From the IMG/VR virus record IMGVR_UViG_3300048898_000040, positions 1 to 63,111 of that record: a stretch of 63,111 nucleotides of DNA; one strand, given 5' to 3'. Shown here one piece after another: positions 27,817 through 37,278 of the stretch. The notes below the pieces were generated by a model, which had not been told where the DNA came from, made no database searches, and saw only the letters and a list, made by a program, of their open reading frames with translations. Every line of letters starts with the position of its first letter. Position 1 is the stretch's first letter. The position numbers and the translations under genes are program-made. The stretch comes from a virus (taxonomy: Duplodnaviria > Caudoviricetes).

Positions 27817-28381
27817 TCGGGACCTCCAGAACGGCCTTGAACTGTTCGAACATGAGCGGTCGGTTGGACCGCTGGTAGATACCGTATGCCGGGTGCCGCA
27901 GGTACAGCACGGGCGCGAACGACCCGCCGACATACGACCACTCGCCGAGGGCCGTTGCCCCGACAGCGTTCGCAGCGTGTCGCCCGAGAGCCACGAGGGG
28001 CGGGTAATCCAGGAGCGCGTGCTCGCGCCACAGGTAAGCCCTCCCGGCCTCCACCTCCGCAGGTTCGGGGTCCCGGTTGTTGCGGGGCCGGTACTTGACC
28101 ACGTTGGTGATGAACACCTCCGAGCGTTCGATACCCACCGACTCCAACATTTCGTTCAGCAGCTCGCCACTAGCTCCGACGAAAGGCTTACGGGCTAGAT
28201 GCTCCTTAGCCCCCGGAGCCTCGCCGACGAACAGTAGGCGCGGGTTCGTAGGCCCATCGCCGGGCACCAGCGCACCACCGGCTTCGGCCCGAACGCGCCG
28301 TAACGCGGGATCTACGGCGTACCTGGCATACAGCCGCCGCAACAGCACCCGACGGCCAGCCTCGCTAGAACCCGGGGGCAT
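27800..28381 (-). CDS. Uracil-DNA glycosylase, family-4-like
   Basis: FVGEAPGAKE, PFVGASG, ITNVVKYRP, NRDP and HPAY motifs. Confidence 0.85.
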   Translation of the reverse strand: MPPGSSEAGRRVLLRRLYARYAVDPALRRVRAEAGGALVPGDGPTNPRLLFVGEAPGAKEHLARKPFVGASGELLNEMLESVGIERSEVFITNVVKYRPRNNRDPEPAEVEAGRAYLWREHALLDYPPLVALGRHAANAVGATALGEWSYVGGSFAPVLYLRHPAYGIYQRSNRPLMFEQFKAVLEVPNAAVR

Positions 28382-28721
28382 CGACAACCGCCTTGTAGCC
28401 CGAACCGCTACTGATGAGCGGGTACACCTTGTCTTGCCCATCCCCGCTCCTCACCCGCAGGACCATGGCCGTCTCGGGCTTGCCGATACAGTCGATGAGC
28501 ATCCCGAGGCCGTACTTGCCGACGAGGTGCAAGGCCTGTTCGTGCGACACCTGCATCTCACCAAATAGTTCGGTTAGACTGGCCCGGACGGTGAGTTCAA
28601 CGAACGGCTCCGGCCGTGGTACCCCGTCGCAGTACACCTCGTTGGCCATTACCAGATGCTTCGGATGCTCGTCCGCAGCACCGCAGTACTCGTTCCGCAG
28701 GCCGTTGTCGATACTGGTCAC
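28365..28721 (-). CDS. Hypothetical protein
   Basis: 118 aa with CGAADEHPKH...CDG. Confidence 0.55.
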   Translation of the reverse strand: MTSIDNGLRNEYCGAADEHPKHLVMANEVYCDGVPRPEPFVELTVRASLTELFGEMQVSHEQALHLVGKYGLGMLIDCIGKPETAMVLRVRSGDGQDKVYPLISSGSGYKAVVDAPGF

Positions 28722-28869
28722 TTTTTCCTCACCAGCGCCTTCAGCAGCCGAGAAAGCTTACCCTCCGGCTTCGGCCCGTTGCCCCAGTGGTACGGCCCGT
28801 TCGTGGCCCCCGGCTGCACTCGGTACCCTGGCCGAATGGCCTTGGAGGCGTCGTACTTCGGCTCTTTGC

Positions 28870-29349
28870 TCACTTGCCCCACCGGTTCCCTTCCTCGATG
28901 TTGGCAATGGCCAGTGCGCACAGCGCGGACAGGTCGTACAGCGTGTCCAGCACCGACTCGTCTTGCCCCTCCGGAACCACGGACTCTACCTCGTCCCGCC
29001 ACAGCATGTTCTTGAGGCGGCTGGTCTTGCTCAGGATCCGGGCCAGGTTACCCATGTAGCCCTGCTTCTGCCAGGCGTTGCCGTACGCGACGTCCTTCTT
29101 CTTGAGCAGTGCCAGCACTGCATCGCTGTGCCCCTGCCACACCGCCATAGACGACCCCGGCCAGAACTGCCCGCGAACCGTAAAGTGCTCCGGGAAGGTT
29201 TGGATTTTCTCGAGCACGCTCGGCGGCCTGACCACGACGTGGATGGGGTCGGCGACCTGCTTCTTGCACTGGCGCGCGCCGTCCTCGGAGCCCGCGACAT
29301 ACAGACACTCGAACCCTGGACCGGAGCCCTTGAACGCGTGCGGCTTCAC
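28870..29349 (-). CDS. Nucleotide-modification-associated domain 1 (Nmad1/DUF1599)-like protein
   Basis: LLKKKDVAYGNAW...ARILSKTSRLKN...DESVLDTLYDL. Confidence 0.7.
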   Translation of the reverse strand: MKPHAFKGSGPGFECLYVAGSEDGARQCKKQVADPIHVVVRPPSVLEKIQTFPEHFTVRGQFWPGSSMAVWQGHSDAVLALLKKKDVAYGNAWQKQGYMGNLARILSKTSRLKNMLWRDEVESVVPEGQDESVLDTLYDLSALCALAIANIEEGNRWGK

Positions 29350-29722
29350 AGCATCACCACCCAGTACGCGCACTTAGCGGCGACAGCCACGAGGGAGAGA
29401 CCGCAGCCCCACATCGTGACATCGATGGCAGTGTGCTGCACGGCCTTGTGGAACTCGGCGTCCCGCCAGCGGGCCCTCAGGCGGCCCCAGCGCGTACCCG
29501 CTTCGGTCTCCAGCTCCATCGTCGACCCCTCCTGGCTCTCAGCCCCGACCACGGCCCCGTTACGCCGCCGGTTGCGCGGGTGCAGCTTGGCCATCCAGCC
29601 GTGCGTACGACGCTGACGCGGACCGAAGACCGCCCGACCCCGTTCGTCGCGGGTCACGTACCTGGTCTCCCCTTCGAGGTCCTCGATGTAGTAGCCGTTG
29701 CGGTCGAACATTTCATCTATAG

Positions 29723-30367
29723 TCATTGCTCTGCCTTCCATTTATCGAGCTGCTCCCGCAGCCAGTCAAGTGTCTCTTCATGGGTACGCAGCGCTGGCCA
29801 CGGACCAAACTGACCCCCGACCGATATCGCCTTGTACTGCCGCTCGTTGTGGTATCGCTGGGCAAACCCCACGGGCAGCCCTAAAGCCTCTGCTCTCCGA
29901 CACTGCTCTGGTAGGTCATCGAGTACGGCCGCCACCCTATCGCCACCCACCGTGCGCACCAGTTCACGGTACTTGTGTTCACCCCAAATGATGCCCTGAT
30001 ACAAGGCTCCATTGCGGCGCAGATTGTGTCTGGTATGGTCATCCACCTCGTCATGGCTGAGGTAGGGCCGAGTGGTGCAGAACCAGATGTCGACACCCCA
30101 CCGACGCACCGTGTGCGTAAGGTCCATCACCTGCGGAAAGGGGAGGGGGAGGGGCGGCAGCGAACGCTTCATCGCGCCGCGCCGGTAGGCCAGCTTGCAC
30201 GCGCGATAGCTCTGCTTGCTCACGCCCAGGTACTTGGCCAGCGAGATGCGCGCGTCATACCCGTGCTCGTCGATGGGCTTCCCGAAGTACTGCGTGGCGA
30301 ACCGCAGGAAGTGCGGGTAGTAGTCGAGTAGCGTCCCGTCTAGGTCCAACCCGACAACCGGCTTCAT
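29723..30367 (-). CDS. HAD-superfamily (5'-deoxy)nucleotidase-like phosphatase
   Basis: GLDLDGTL motif I, CTTR motif II, K, LDD motif IV. Confidence 0.8.
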   Translation of the reverse strand: MKPVVGLDLDGTLLDYYPHFLRFATQYFGKPIDEHGYDARISLAKYLGVSKQSYRACKLAYRRGAMKRSLPPLPLPFPQVMDLTHTVRRWGVDIWFCTTRPYLSHDEVDDHTRHNLRRNGALYQGIIWGEHKYRELVRTVGGDRVAAVLDDLPEQCRRAEALGLPVGFAQRYHNERQYKAISVGGQFGPWPALRTHEETLDWLREQLDKWKAEQ

Positions 30368-30542
30368 GCCTTCTCCTCCGGAGCTAACAAGTCGCCGTCC
30401 TTCTCGCTGCCTACTTCCCACTCTACGGCCTTCCAGCCCCGACCGAGCATTGCCACCCGGCGTTCCGCTAGCTTCTCGGTCTCCCACAACGAGTCGACCT
30501 CGTTCGGGTCGTAGTTGCTGTACACCACTACCCACACCGTCT

Positions 30543-31421
30543 TCATACCTCACCCCTCGCCATTGCCGCGTACAGGCCCGTCGGGGTCCGCCACGGTCCC
30601 GGGAACCTCTCCATGAGCTTGCGCCCCATCACCTCGGCAAACAGGCTGTCGCCCCTGTGCAGGTTCACCGGCTTTTCGCGTACCCAGATTCCTTGCGTGC
30701 CTTCGGTGCGCAGCTCGGGGAAGGCCTGCCACGCTGGCTCCTTCAGGCGCGGTTCGTTAACCTCGCGCCAGTGCGTACCGCTGAATGCCGCAGCGATGCG
30801 CTCATCGCGGTACGGCATGATGGCCCGCACGCTAGCCTCGGCGCAGATGGCTTGCACCGCACCGCAGTTACCACGGTCCTCGTCCCAGTAGATGCGGCGC
30901 AGGGCATCTATGCGCGTGCTGTTTCCATCCTCGCGTACATGCTGGCGCTCGGGGCCGGGGATGCCCTGTGCTCGGTCGTAGTTTCGGCTGATCCAGTTCC
31001 CGTTTATGTAGTACCCATCAGCCTGGTCGCCGGTGTACAACACGCTGACCCCCGCCGCAGCAGCCACCTCGGCAATGAGCACCATGGGCGCGAGGGACTC
31101 GACTTGCATCTTGGTCCGGTAGCCGTGCCCTATCACTGTACGTGCCAGCGCTTCCAGGTCGGCAGGCTTGGTGCTCACTTCGGCGCTATAGAACGATAGA
31201 TCTAGGAGAGCGGCATTGGTCCGGGCGTAGGCGTGGTCAGTCGACTCGTGGGTGTCCGGCGTGTAGCTGATGATTACGGGACGCATACCCCGACGCAAGC
31301 ACGCGGCCAGCACCGAACACGAGTCAATACCCCCACTGAGCGCGATGCCCACCCGGCCCGTACGTCTGACATTCGCCTCCAGCCTGCGACGGAGGAGGGC
31401 CGGGAGGGTTAGCCCGGTCAC
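30543..31421 (-). CDS. Asparagine-synthetase-like PP-loop ATP pyrophosphatase (no glutaminase domain)
   Basis: GIALSGGIDS, LYTGDQADG, MPYRD, K...REK motifs. Confidence 0.8.
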   Translation of the reverse strand: MTGLTLPALLRRRLEANVRRTGRVGIALSGGIDSCSVLAACLRRGMRPVIISYTPDTHESTDHAYARTNAALLDLSFYSAEVSTKPADLEALARTVIGHGYRTKMQVESLAPMVLIAEVAAAAGVSVLYTGDQADGYYINGNWISRNYDRAQGIPGPERQHVREDGNSTRIDALRRIYWDEDRGNCGAVQAICAEASVRAIMPYRDERIAAAFSGTHWREVNEPRLKEPAWQAFPELRTEGTQGIWVREKPVNLHRGDSLFAEVMGRKLMERFPGPWRTPTGLYAAMARGEV

Positions 31422-32248
31422 AGCATCCCCCGCGTCTCGTAATAGGCCTCATGCACGAGAACGCCCTTGCGCCACTTTCCGTAGCGGCCAAGGCGGTGCC
31501 AGGTACGCCCGACGTTGCAGTCGCAGTCAGTGCTCAGCGGCTTCTGTACGCGCGCGATGCCGGAGATGGGTGGCTTGGGCCCGTCAGGCCATTCGAGCGT
31601 GCTGTGGCCGAACACAGTGGCCGCGCGGTACCAGCGTGGGCTCTCGTGCGCATTGCACTCCACCGTCATGTCTGGCGCGTAGTACGGCATGGAACGCTGC
31701 GTAGCAAAGTCCTCTCGGGGACCGCCCATCGCCCACACGTCCTGTGTCACGAACTTGTGGTCCTCCTGCTTGCGGCACAACGACTTCGCCGGGATGGTGC
31801 ACAGCACCTTGGGTAGCAGGTACGAGAACTCGAGAGCCTTCATGGGGGTGATGACGGCAGGCTCAATGCGCGGGAACCACCGCTCCCACAGCACGTCGTA
31901 CACCTTACGCAGATCCCAGGCCAGATGGTTGGCTTCCGCGCCGTACTCGTCGGGGCTGACAGCCCCGTCCCACGCTGCACCGTACACCTTGCGCCGGTAA
32001 TCCTCGGGGTAGCCGTTCAGGAAGTACCGCACGCTCTTACCCGCGACCACACCGGTATCTATTCCCGGGATAGAGGCGTGCAGATACTGACACCCGTGAA
32101 GCTCGCTCTTGGCTGGGTTGCCGTCGGGCCCGGGAGAGCTGTATACAGTGACCTCCCTCCCCCTCTCCTCCGCAGCATGCGCAGCCAGTAGACCGGCCGG
32201 GCCAGCCCCGAGCACCACCACCGGCTTCTTCCTCTTGAACGCAGCCAC
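31418..32248 (-). CDS. FAD/NAD(P)-dependent oxidoreductase
   Basis: VVVLGAGPAGLLAA dinucleotide-binding motif, CTIP, C-terminal LGRYGKW. Confidence 0.8.
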   Translation of the reverse strand: MAAFKRKKPVVVLGAGPAGLLAAHAAEERGREVTVYSSPGPDGNPAKSELHGCQYLHASIPGIDTGVVAGKSVRYFLNGYPEDYRRKVYGAAWDGAVSPDEYGAEANHLAWDLRKVYDVLWERWFPRIEPAVITPMKALEFSYLLPKVLCTIPAKSLCRKQEDHKFVTQDVWAMGGPREDFATQRSMPYYAPDMTVECNAHESPRWYRAATVFGHSTLEWPDGPKPPISGIARVQKPLSTDCDCNVGRTWHRLGRYGKWRKGVLVHEAYYETRGML

Positions 32249-35097
32249 TATTCCTCCAGGTCTCTTACAATGCGGATAAGGTCCGGGGTCATGCTGATGT
32301 ACCCCTTACTGCGACGGCGGACCATACCCATGCGCAGCAAGGCTGCCACGGCCTGCGTAGCCTCCTCGGGCGTGACACCACCGAACTCCGTGAAGTCGCG
32401 GCCCCGAAACTGCGTGTCGTTGATGGTGGTCTTGAGCGTTTCGAGGATAGGCTCGTTGCCCGCCAAGAACAACCGACACTGCTGGTCGTAGTCTCGAGCG
32501 TTCTGACGCGCCCGTATTTCTTTTCTGCTGTGGTCAGCGTACCCGAACCATCGCTTGCCATACAGCATGTCGAGCAGCTCCACTGCTGCGTCAACGTGCT
32601 CCTCTTTTACGAGGACTTCTTCCCCGGTACCACTGTGACTAAAGAGCCGGGCAGCAACGGCCACCGAGAGCCGGGCAAGCTTGACCCGTACGTTCTCAGG
32701 CTGCACCAACGGAGGGTCAGCAATATAGCGGCCCCCGAGTTCTTCGGCGCAGGCCAGTACGTGACGCTCCACGCCCTTGCTCCAGTGAACCTGATCAGGA
32801 CGACGGGACCATGCCCAGGTAACAAGAGCACTTGCGAGGTCGCGAGTGGCCCGATGTGGTGCCCGTGGAGGGGCCGCACTGTTGATGATCGCACTATTCA
32901 CATCCTCCTGCGCCGCCACCATCGCGAAGTCGAACCGGGCGATGTCCTCTGGGTTCTTGATGAGCATCTGGATAGCGTCAATAGCGCCATTGTTTGTGGC
33001 TTGGATGGGTCGACCATCAACCGGATTACTAATCCAGATGGTACGGGTCCTCGCAAAAGTCTCCTGACTAACAATCTTGCTGACCTGCGCTCGGCCACTG
33101 CTGCGCACCGCTGACATCTGCTCGATGATGTTCTTGTCATTCATACCACTGACTTCATCGAGGATTACCAGCCTTCTATCCTGAAGGGGGATTGTGCCCC
33201 AGGTGATGACCCAGCTGTTGCCGATTTGCTGGGCACCCCCGACCAGACCAGCCAGGGTAGCCCCCTCGCAGCTCTTGAGTACCCCACATTGATAGTGATG
33301 CCGGAGCCGTTCTGCCGCCTCACTCTTACCCGTTCTGGTGTCACCCATGACGAGAAGCTCGAGCCAACCTTTGCCGAGACGGTTACCCCGGAAAGAGTAG
33401 TCAAGGACCGAGTGCCAGACCAGGTCGTACGCAATGTGCAGTTCCGGTCGTCCGTAGATGTGCGTGACATTGGCAGCCAGGTCCCGAGCCAGCTCTTGCA
33501 GCTTATCCATTGGGGACTGTGATGGTCCCGGCTGGAAGACAGCCTCCAGAAGTCCACGTAGGTCTCCCGTCATCTCGAATCTATCGAGGCTGGTCTTGGT
33601 CTCCTCGAAGCCCCAAGCCTGGAACACCACCTGCCCGCTCTTGGGGTTCGGCGTGCTGATACCCGTCAGGCGTGCCGTAGTGTTGACGGCCGTCAGCTTG
33701 CCAGCCTCGGTGACGTTGAACACCCGACGGAGGACCTGGTCGCCATCGCTGTCCTCGGGGTCGTCGATATTAGGAACCACCGCCAACTCGTCGACGCGCC
33801 ACTGGCTTTCCAGATGCACCTCGACACGCGGACAGGTACCCGGTACCTCCAGGCTCCGCAGCAGCTCCCCGCGTCGCTTGTCGTCTGGCAGGTCCATCAT
33901 CTGCAACAGCACACGGTCGTCGGCTGGAACCTCGCCCTTATGCTCGCCGCCCCATCGGTCGTTCATCGGGCACACTGTGCACTTGGTCTTCTGCCAATCC
34001 TGACCGCAGTTGAGGGCGTAACTGCGCGGGAGGGCCGTCGGGGTGGCGCTACGGCCAGAGATGGTCGCCACCATTGAGACGGGCTGATCTACCAGCGAAG
34101 GGTCGAAGCTATCCCGCATCCGTACCTCGGGTACCTCCGCCACCGCGCGACCCCGGCTAACCCGCCGGTCGCGGTACGGCGGCGTGGCCTTGCATAGGTC
34201 GATGAAGTTCTGCTTGCCGTAGCCCTGGTTCACGTAGTAATCGGTCTGGTCGCTGCCCGCCACCGTTAACGGGAGCTTCACCACGTGCACGGACTCCGCG
34301 ACATTGCGGAGTTGATTGGCCACTTTCCGCGCGCCCTGTTCGCCGCCCTGGTCCACGTCATAGGTGATGTAGACAATCTTGCCAACGAAGTGCACGTTCC
34401 ACTCGGCCAGCCAGGTTCCGGCCCCTGCGGTGGAAGAGAGGGAGGGGAAGCCGTATTGCCGCTGCAACAGGGCATCCATCTCCCCCTCATGCAGGAAGAC
34501 GCGCTTCATCTTCAACGCGTCCATGCCCCAAAGAGCTGCATCCCCGTACCCCGGCCAGTTCATCATCTTGTTGACTTTGGCACCCATCTTGTACCGGCGC
34601 ACATTGATGAGCTGTCCGAGCGGGTCACGAACTGGGATGATGAACCTCTCCCCGTCGTACCCGATTTTATAAGTGGCGAGCGTGGACTTGCGCAGACCAC
34701 GCTTCGTGAGCATCTCCTTGAGGAGCAGATGGTTGCCCAGTAAGGCATCCCGCCACTCCTCGATGGTTGCCTCCGACGGAAGCTGTACCGCCTCGGCTAC
34801 CCCTTCAGCCTTGCGCTTGCGCCGCCGCCTTTCGGCCAGTTCGTCGCGCTTGCGCTCGACACGAGGCTCTGGCACCTGTCCGCTCTTCATCGCTGCCACC
34901 AGCCCCTGCATGCTGTACCCGCCGCATCGGCTGAAGCAGTAGAACTTGCCCGCACCGAAGTTGAAGCTGGCGCTGGGCGTGCGACTGGTCTCGGGGTCCT
35001 CGTGTAGCGGGCAGTACGACCGTGTCTCTCCCTGCTCATCCTCCTGGCCCGTGAGCCACGGCGCGAACTTGTCGCGCCACCCTGCACCACGCGCCAT
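32248..35097 (-). CDS. Primase-helicase fusion (zinc finger + TOPRIM + MCM-like AAA+)
   Basis: CPLHED...CFSRC; EGEMDAL, YDVD; MGDTRTGKS, TLAGLVGG, ILDEV, ARFD. Confidence 0.85.
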   Translation of the reverse strand: MARGAGWRDKFAPWLTGQEDEQGETRSYCPLHEDPETSRTPSASFNFGAGKFYCFSRCGGYSMQGLVAAMKSGQVPEPRVERKRDELAERRRRKRKAEGVAEAVQLPSEATIEEWRDALLGNHLLLKEMLTKRGLRKSTLATYKIGYDGERFIIPVRDPLGQLINVRRYKMGAKVNKMMNWPGYGDAALWGMDALKMKRVFLHEGEMDALLQRQYGFPSLSSTAGAGTWLAEWNVHFVGKIVYITYDVDQGGEQGARKVANQLRNVAESVHVVKLPLTVAGSDQTDYYVNQGYGKQNFIDLCKATPPYRDRRVSRGRAVAEVPEVRMRDSFDPSLVDQPVSMVATISGRSATPTALPRSYALNCGQDWQKTKCTVCPMNDRWGGEHKGEVPADDRVLLQMMDLPDDKRRGELLRSLEVPGTCPRVEVHLESQWRVDELAVVPNIDDPEDSDGDQVLRRVFNVTEAGKLTAVNTTARLTGISTPNPKSGQVVFQAWGFEETKTSLDRFEMTGDLRGLLEAVFQPGPSQSPMDKLQELARDLAANVTHIYGRPELHIAYDLVWHSVLDYSFRGNRLGKGWLELLVMGDTRTGKSEAAERLRHHYQCGVLKSCEGATLAGLVGGAQQIGNSWVITWGTIPLQDRRLVILDEVSGMNDKNIIEQMSAVRSSGRAQVSKIVSQETFARTRTIWISNPVDGRPIQATNNGAIDAIQMLIKNPEDIARFDFAMVAAQEDVNSAIINSAAPPRAPHRATRDLASALVTWAWSRRPDQVHWSKGVERHVLACAEELGGRYIADPPLVQPENVRVKLARLSVAVAARLFSHSGTGEEVLVKEEHVDAAVELLDMLYGKRWFGYADHSRKEIRARQNARDYDQQCRLFLAGNEPILETLKTTINDTQFRGRDFTEFGGVTPEEATQAVAALLRMGMVRRRSKGYISMTPDLIRIVRDLEE

Positions 35098-35100
35098 GTG

Positions 35101-35364
35101 CTACTCGCTCTCGTACGGATTGATCTCCCGGCGCTGGATGCACCGTACGCGATAGTCCGCGTACTCTTTGATCATTTTCTCTTCAGTCCAGCCGAGCTCC
35201 TTCAGGCCCAGCAACAGCACATGCCGGACGAAGGCAGCCTGCGGGATACCGCCACCGCACTGCGCATTGCTGACCGCCATCGCGAAGCGCTCCTGACCGT
35301 TCAGGTGCGTCTTCGCAATTCGGCTGGTGTCGAAGCCAACCGGCAAAAGGGTGTCGTCTGCCAT
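35101..35364 (-). CDS. Small putative DNA-binding protein
   Basis: 87 aa with a ribbon-helix-helix-like pattern, upstream of the primase. Confidence 0.4.
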   Translation of the reverse strand: MADDTLLPVGFDTSRIAKTHLNGQERFAMAVSNAQCGGGIPQAAFVRHVLLLGLKELGWTEEKMIKEYADYRVRCIQRREINPYESE

Positions 35365-35517
35365 AACCCTCCTTCCTTTACGTATGTGATGTCTGTCTGT
35401 CTGATTCTGCTACAGAGAGAGCACCACAGCGTGTGTGCCGCTGGGCTTAGTTGCGGCCTGGCCACTGTACCGCCGTGCGGCCCGCTTGCAAGGTCTTTTC
35501 TTGGGTCCCTTCATCAT

Positions 35518-35642
35518 GTCTAGAACCCGGGCCGTCGCCGGGCCGCCGCTGCAAATCATCGCCTCGCGCGTCGCGAGCGCGCCTGCGCACGCGAGGGCCT
35601 GATTTTTGTTGTAACTAGCGCTGGCCGGGCTGGGTTCTAGAC
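35518..35642. repeat. Long nested inverted repeat, candidate replication origin
   Basis: gtctagaaccc/gggttctagac, aaatca/tgattt and cctcgcg/cgcgagg nested arms. Confidence 0.6.
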
Positions 35643-35739
35643 GCCGACGCCAGACGACTTTTCGAGCGCACCCCCAGACGGGTATGCCCTCCCGCCCTCC
35701 CTCCCCGCAGAGCTCATCTGAGACCCGATGCCGGGGCAT

Positions 35740-35768
35740 GAAAAAGGGCCCGCCGAAGCGGGCCCCTC
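35740..35768 (-). terminator. Rho-independent terminator
   Basis: GGGCCCGC-TTCG-GCGGGCCC followed by a T run on the minus strand. Confidence 0.8.
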
Positions 35769-35779
35769 GTTGAATTCGG

Positions 35780-36025
35780 TCACACCACGTCGAACTGATC
35801 CGCGAACTCAGTGGAGCTGACCTTGGTGTAGTCGCCGTTCTCGGCCACCACGTAGTCGCCGGGGCTGATGACGTAGTTGCCCACGCCAGTGCTCACCATG
35901 AGCGGGTTCTCGAAGATGTCGTGGGTGCACCACTCCTTCAGCTCGGCAATGCTCTCCGGGCTGCCGTCGTACTGCATGGCCTCGAGCTGAGTGGCCTTAC
36001 GCTTGACGTTGATGACGGTTGGCAT
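35780..36025 (-). CDS. Small conserved-type phage protein
   Basis: AAGGAGG RBS; EAMQYDG...ISPGDYVV...FADQFD. Confidence 0.65.
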   Translation of the reverse strand: MPTVINVKRKATQLEAMQYDGSPESIAELKEWCTHDIFENPLMVSTGVGNYVISPGDYVVAENGDYTKVSSTEFADQFDVV

Positions 36026-36220
36026 GTTTCCTCCTTCGTTAGAAAGGGGCCGACCTCCCCAACGAGGCCGACCCCTCCTGCTATACACCTTCACTCGGCG
36101 CGGCTAGCCGATTGGTTACGGTTCTGCTTCGGCCTCTGCCCTTCGGTGTCAGCGCCTAGTGCGCGGTTACCGGGTCCCGCGTTTCCCCTCGGTGGGCACT
36201 AGCTCTGGCGACGCCTGTTT

Positions 36221-36403
36221 CTAGTCCTCCGACACCTCGAGGGTGATCAGACAGAACTCGCCCTCGTCGTTGTTGTACTCCGCGTCGATCCCGTCGAACA
36301 CGGTGTCCCGGTCGTTGTCGTATCCCTGGGTCTCGAGGTCTCCGTGCGCGGCTTTAACCACTTCGAGCATCTCGATGAGCTGGCTGATACGCGGCCGATA
36401 CAT
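36221..36403 (-). CDS. Small acidic hypothetical protein
   Basis: ISQLIEMLE...HGDL motif. Confidence 0.55.
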   Translation of the reverse strand: MYRPRISQLIEMLEVVKAAHGDLETQGYDNDRDTVFDGIDAEYNNDEGEFCLITLEVSED

Positions 36404-37266
36404 CAGGACCGCCGACGCCGGGTGGTCGTGGTGGCCTTCACGGGAGCCGCTGCCTTGGCGGGAGTAGCCTTCGTGGCGCGGGAACGGCGCGCGGGCTTCG
36501 CGGGCTCCGGCTCGGGCTCGGGCTCCTCGTCGGCGTCGCCGCCCTCGTCGAAGCCGTCCTCGAACTCCTCCTGGTCTTCGCCGCCCTCGTCGTCGCCGCC
36601 TTCATCGTCGGACTCCTGCTCCGCCAGGATGGCCTCGATGAGCTCGGCCTTGTACTTGCTGCCGTCCCGGTCGCGGCGGCTCTTCTTGGGGAAGTCGTCG
36701 TCGTCCTTGGGCAGCTCGAACTCCTCGGACAGGATCTCCTCGAGCTCGGCCACCTCCATGTCGGCCAGCTCTTCGGCGGTGTAGTCCTCGATGGGCTCGT
36801 CCCCGGCGTCGACTTCGTCGGGCAGCTCGGCTTCCTTCTTGGCCGCCGCCTTGTCCGGCACCGAGGCCAGCATAGGCGCGACCTTCGCGATGCGAACCTT
36901 GTCGTTGTACTCCTCGGTCTTCAGCTTGACCGGCTTGAGCTTGGCGACCCAGGCGTCGAGAGCCTTCTGGTTCTCGAAGTCGACGGTCACGTCCTTGGCG
37001 ACGCCTCCCTGCACGGCCTTGATGGTGGCCTGCGTCTTCCAGTAGACGTTGTCACCGGGATCGAGCGGGAGGTACATCCCCCGGCCCCAGCCCTTGTAGT
37101 CGCCGTCGTTGATCTCGAAGATGATCTGGAGCTGGTCGTCCTCCTCGAGGTACTTGGCCTTCTTCGCCACAGCGTTGAACCACTTGCCGACGGGCGGGTC
37201 CTCGCCGGTGTAGTCCTCCCAGGTGGGCTCCTGGTAGTCCTTGAAGCTAATAGTGCGCTTCGCCAT
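36403..37266 (-). CDS. Putative single-stranded DNA-binding protein
   Basis: Aromatic beta-rich N-domain plus very acidic tail; follows an AAA ATPase and an exonuclease. Confidence 0.55.
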   Translation of the reverse strand: MAKRTISFKDYQEPTWEDYTGEDPPVGKWFNAVAKKAKYLEEDDQLQIIFEINDGDYKGWGRGMYLPLDPGDNVYWKTQATIKAVQGGVAKDVTVDFENQKALDAWVAKLKPVKLKTEEYNDKVRIAKVAPMLASVPDKAAAKKEAELPDEVDAGDEPIEDYTAEELADMEVAELEEILSEEFELPKDDDDFPKKSRRDRDGSKYKAELIEAILAEQESDDEGGDDEGGEDQEEFEDGFDEGGDADEEPEPEPEPAKPARRSRATKATPAKAAAPVKATTTTRRRRS

Positions 37267-37278
37267 GCTGTCTTCTCC

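Noticed and set aside
36100-36170. Glycine riboswitch (CACCGAAG)
   Set aside because: The GGAGA and CTCTCAGG core elements are missing.
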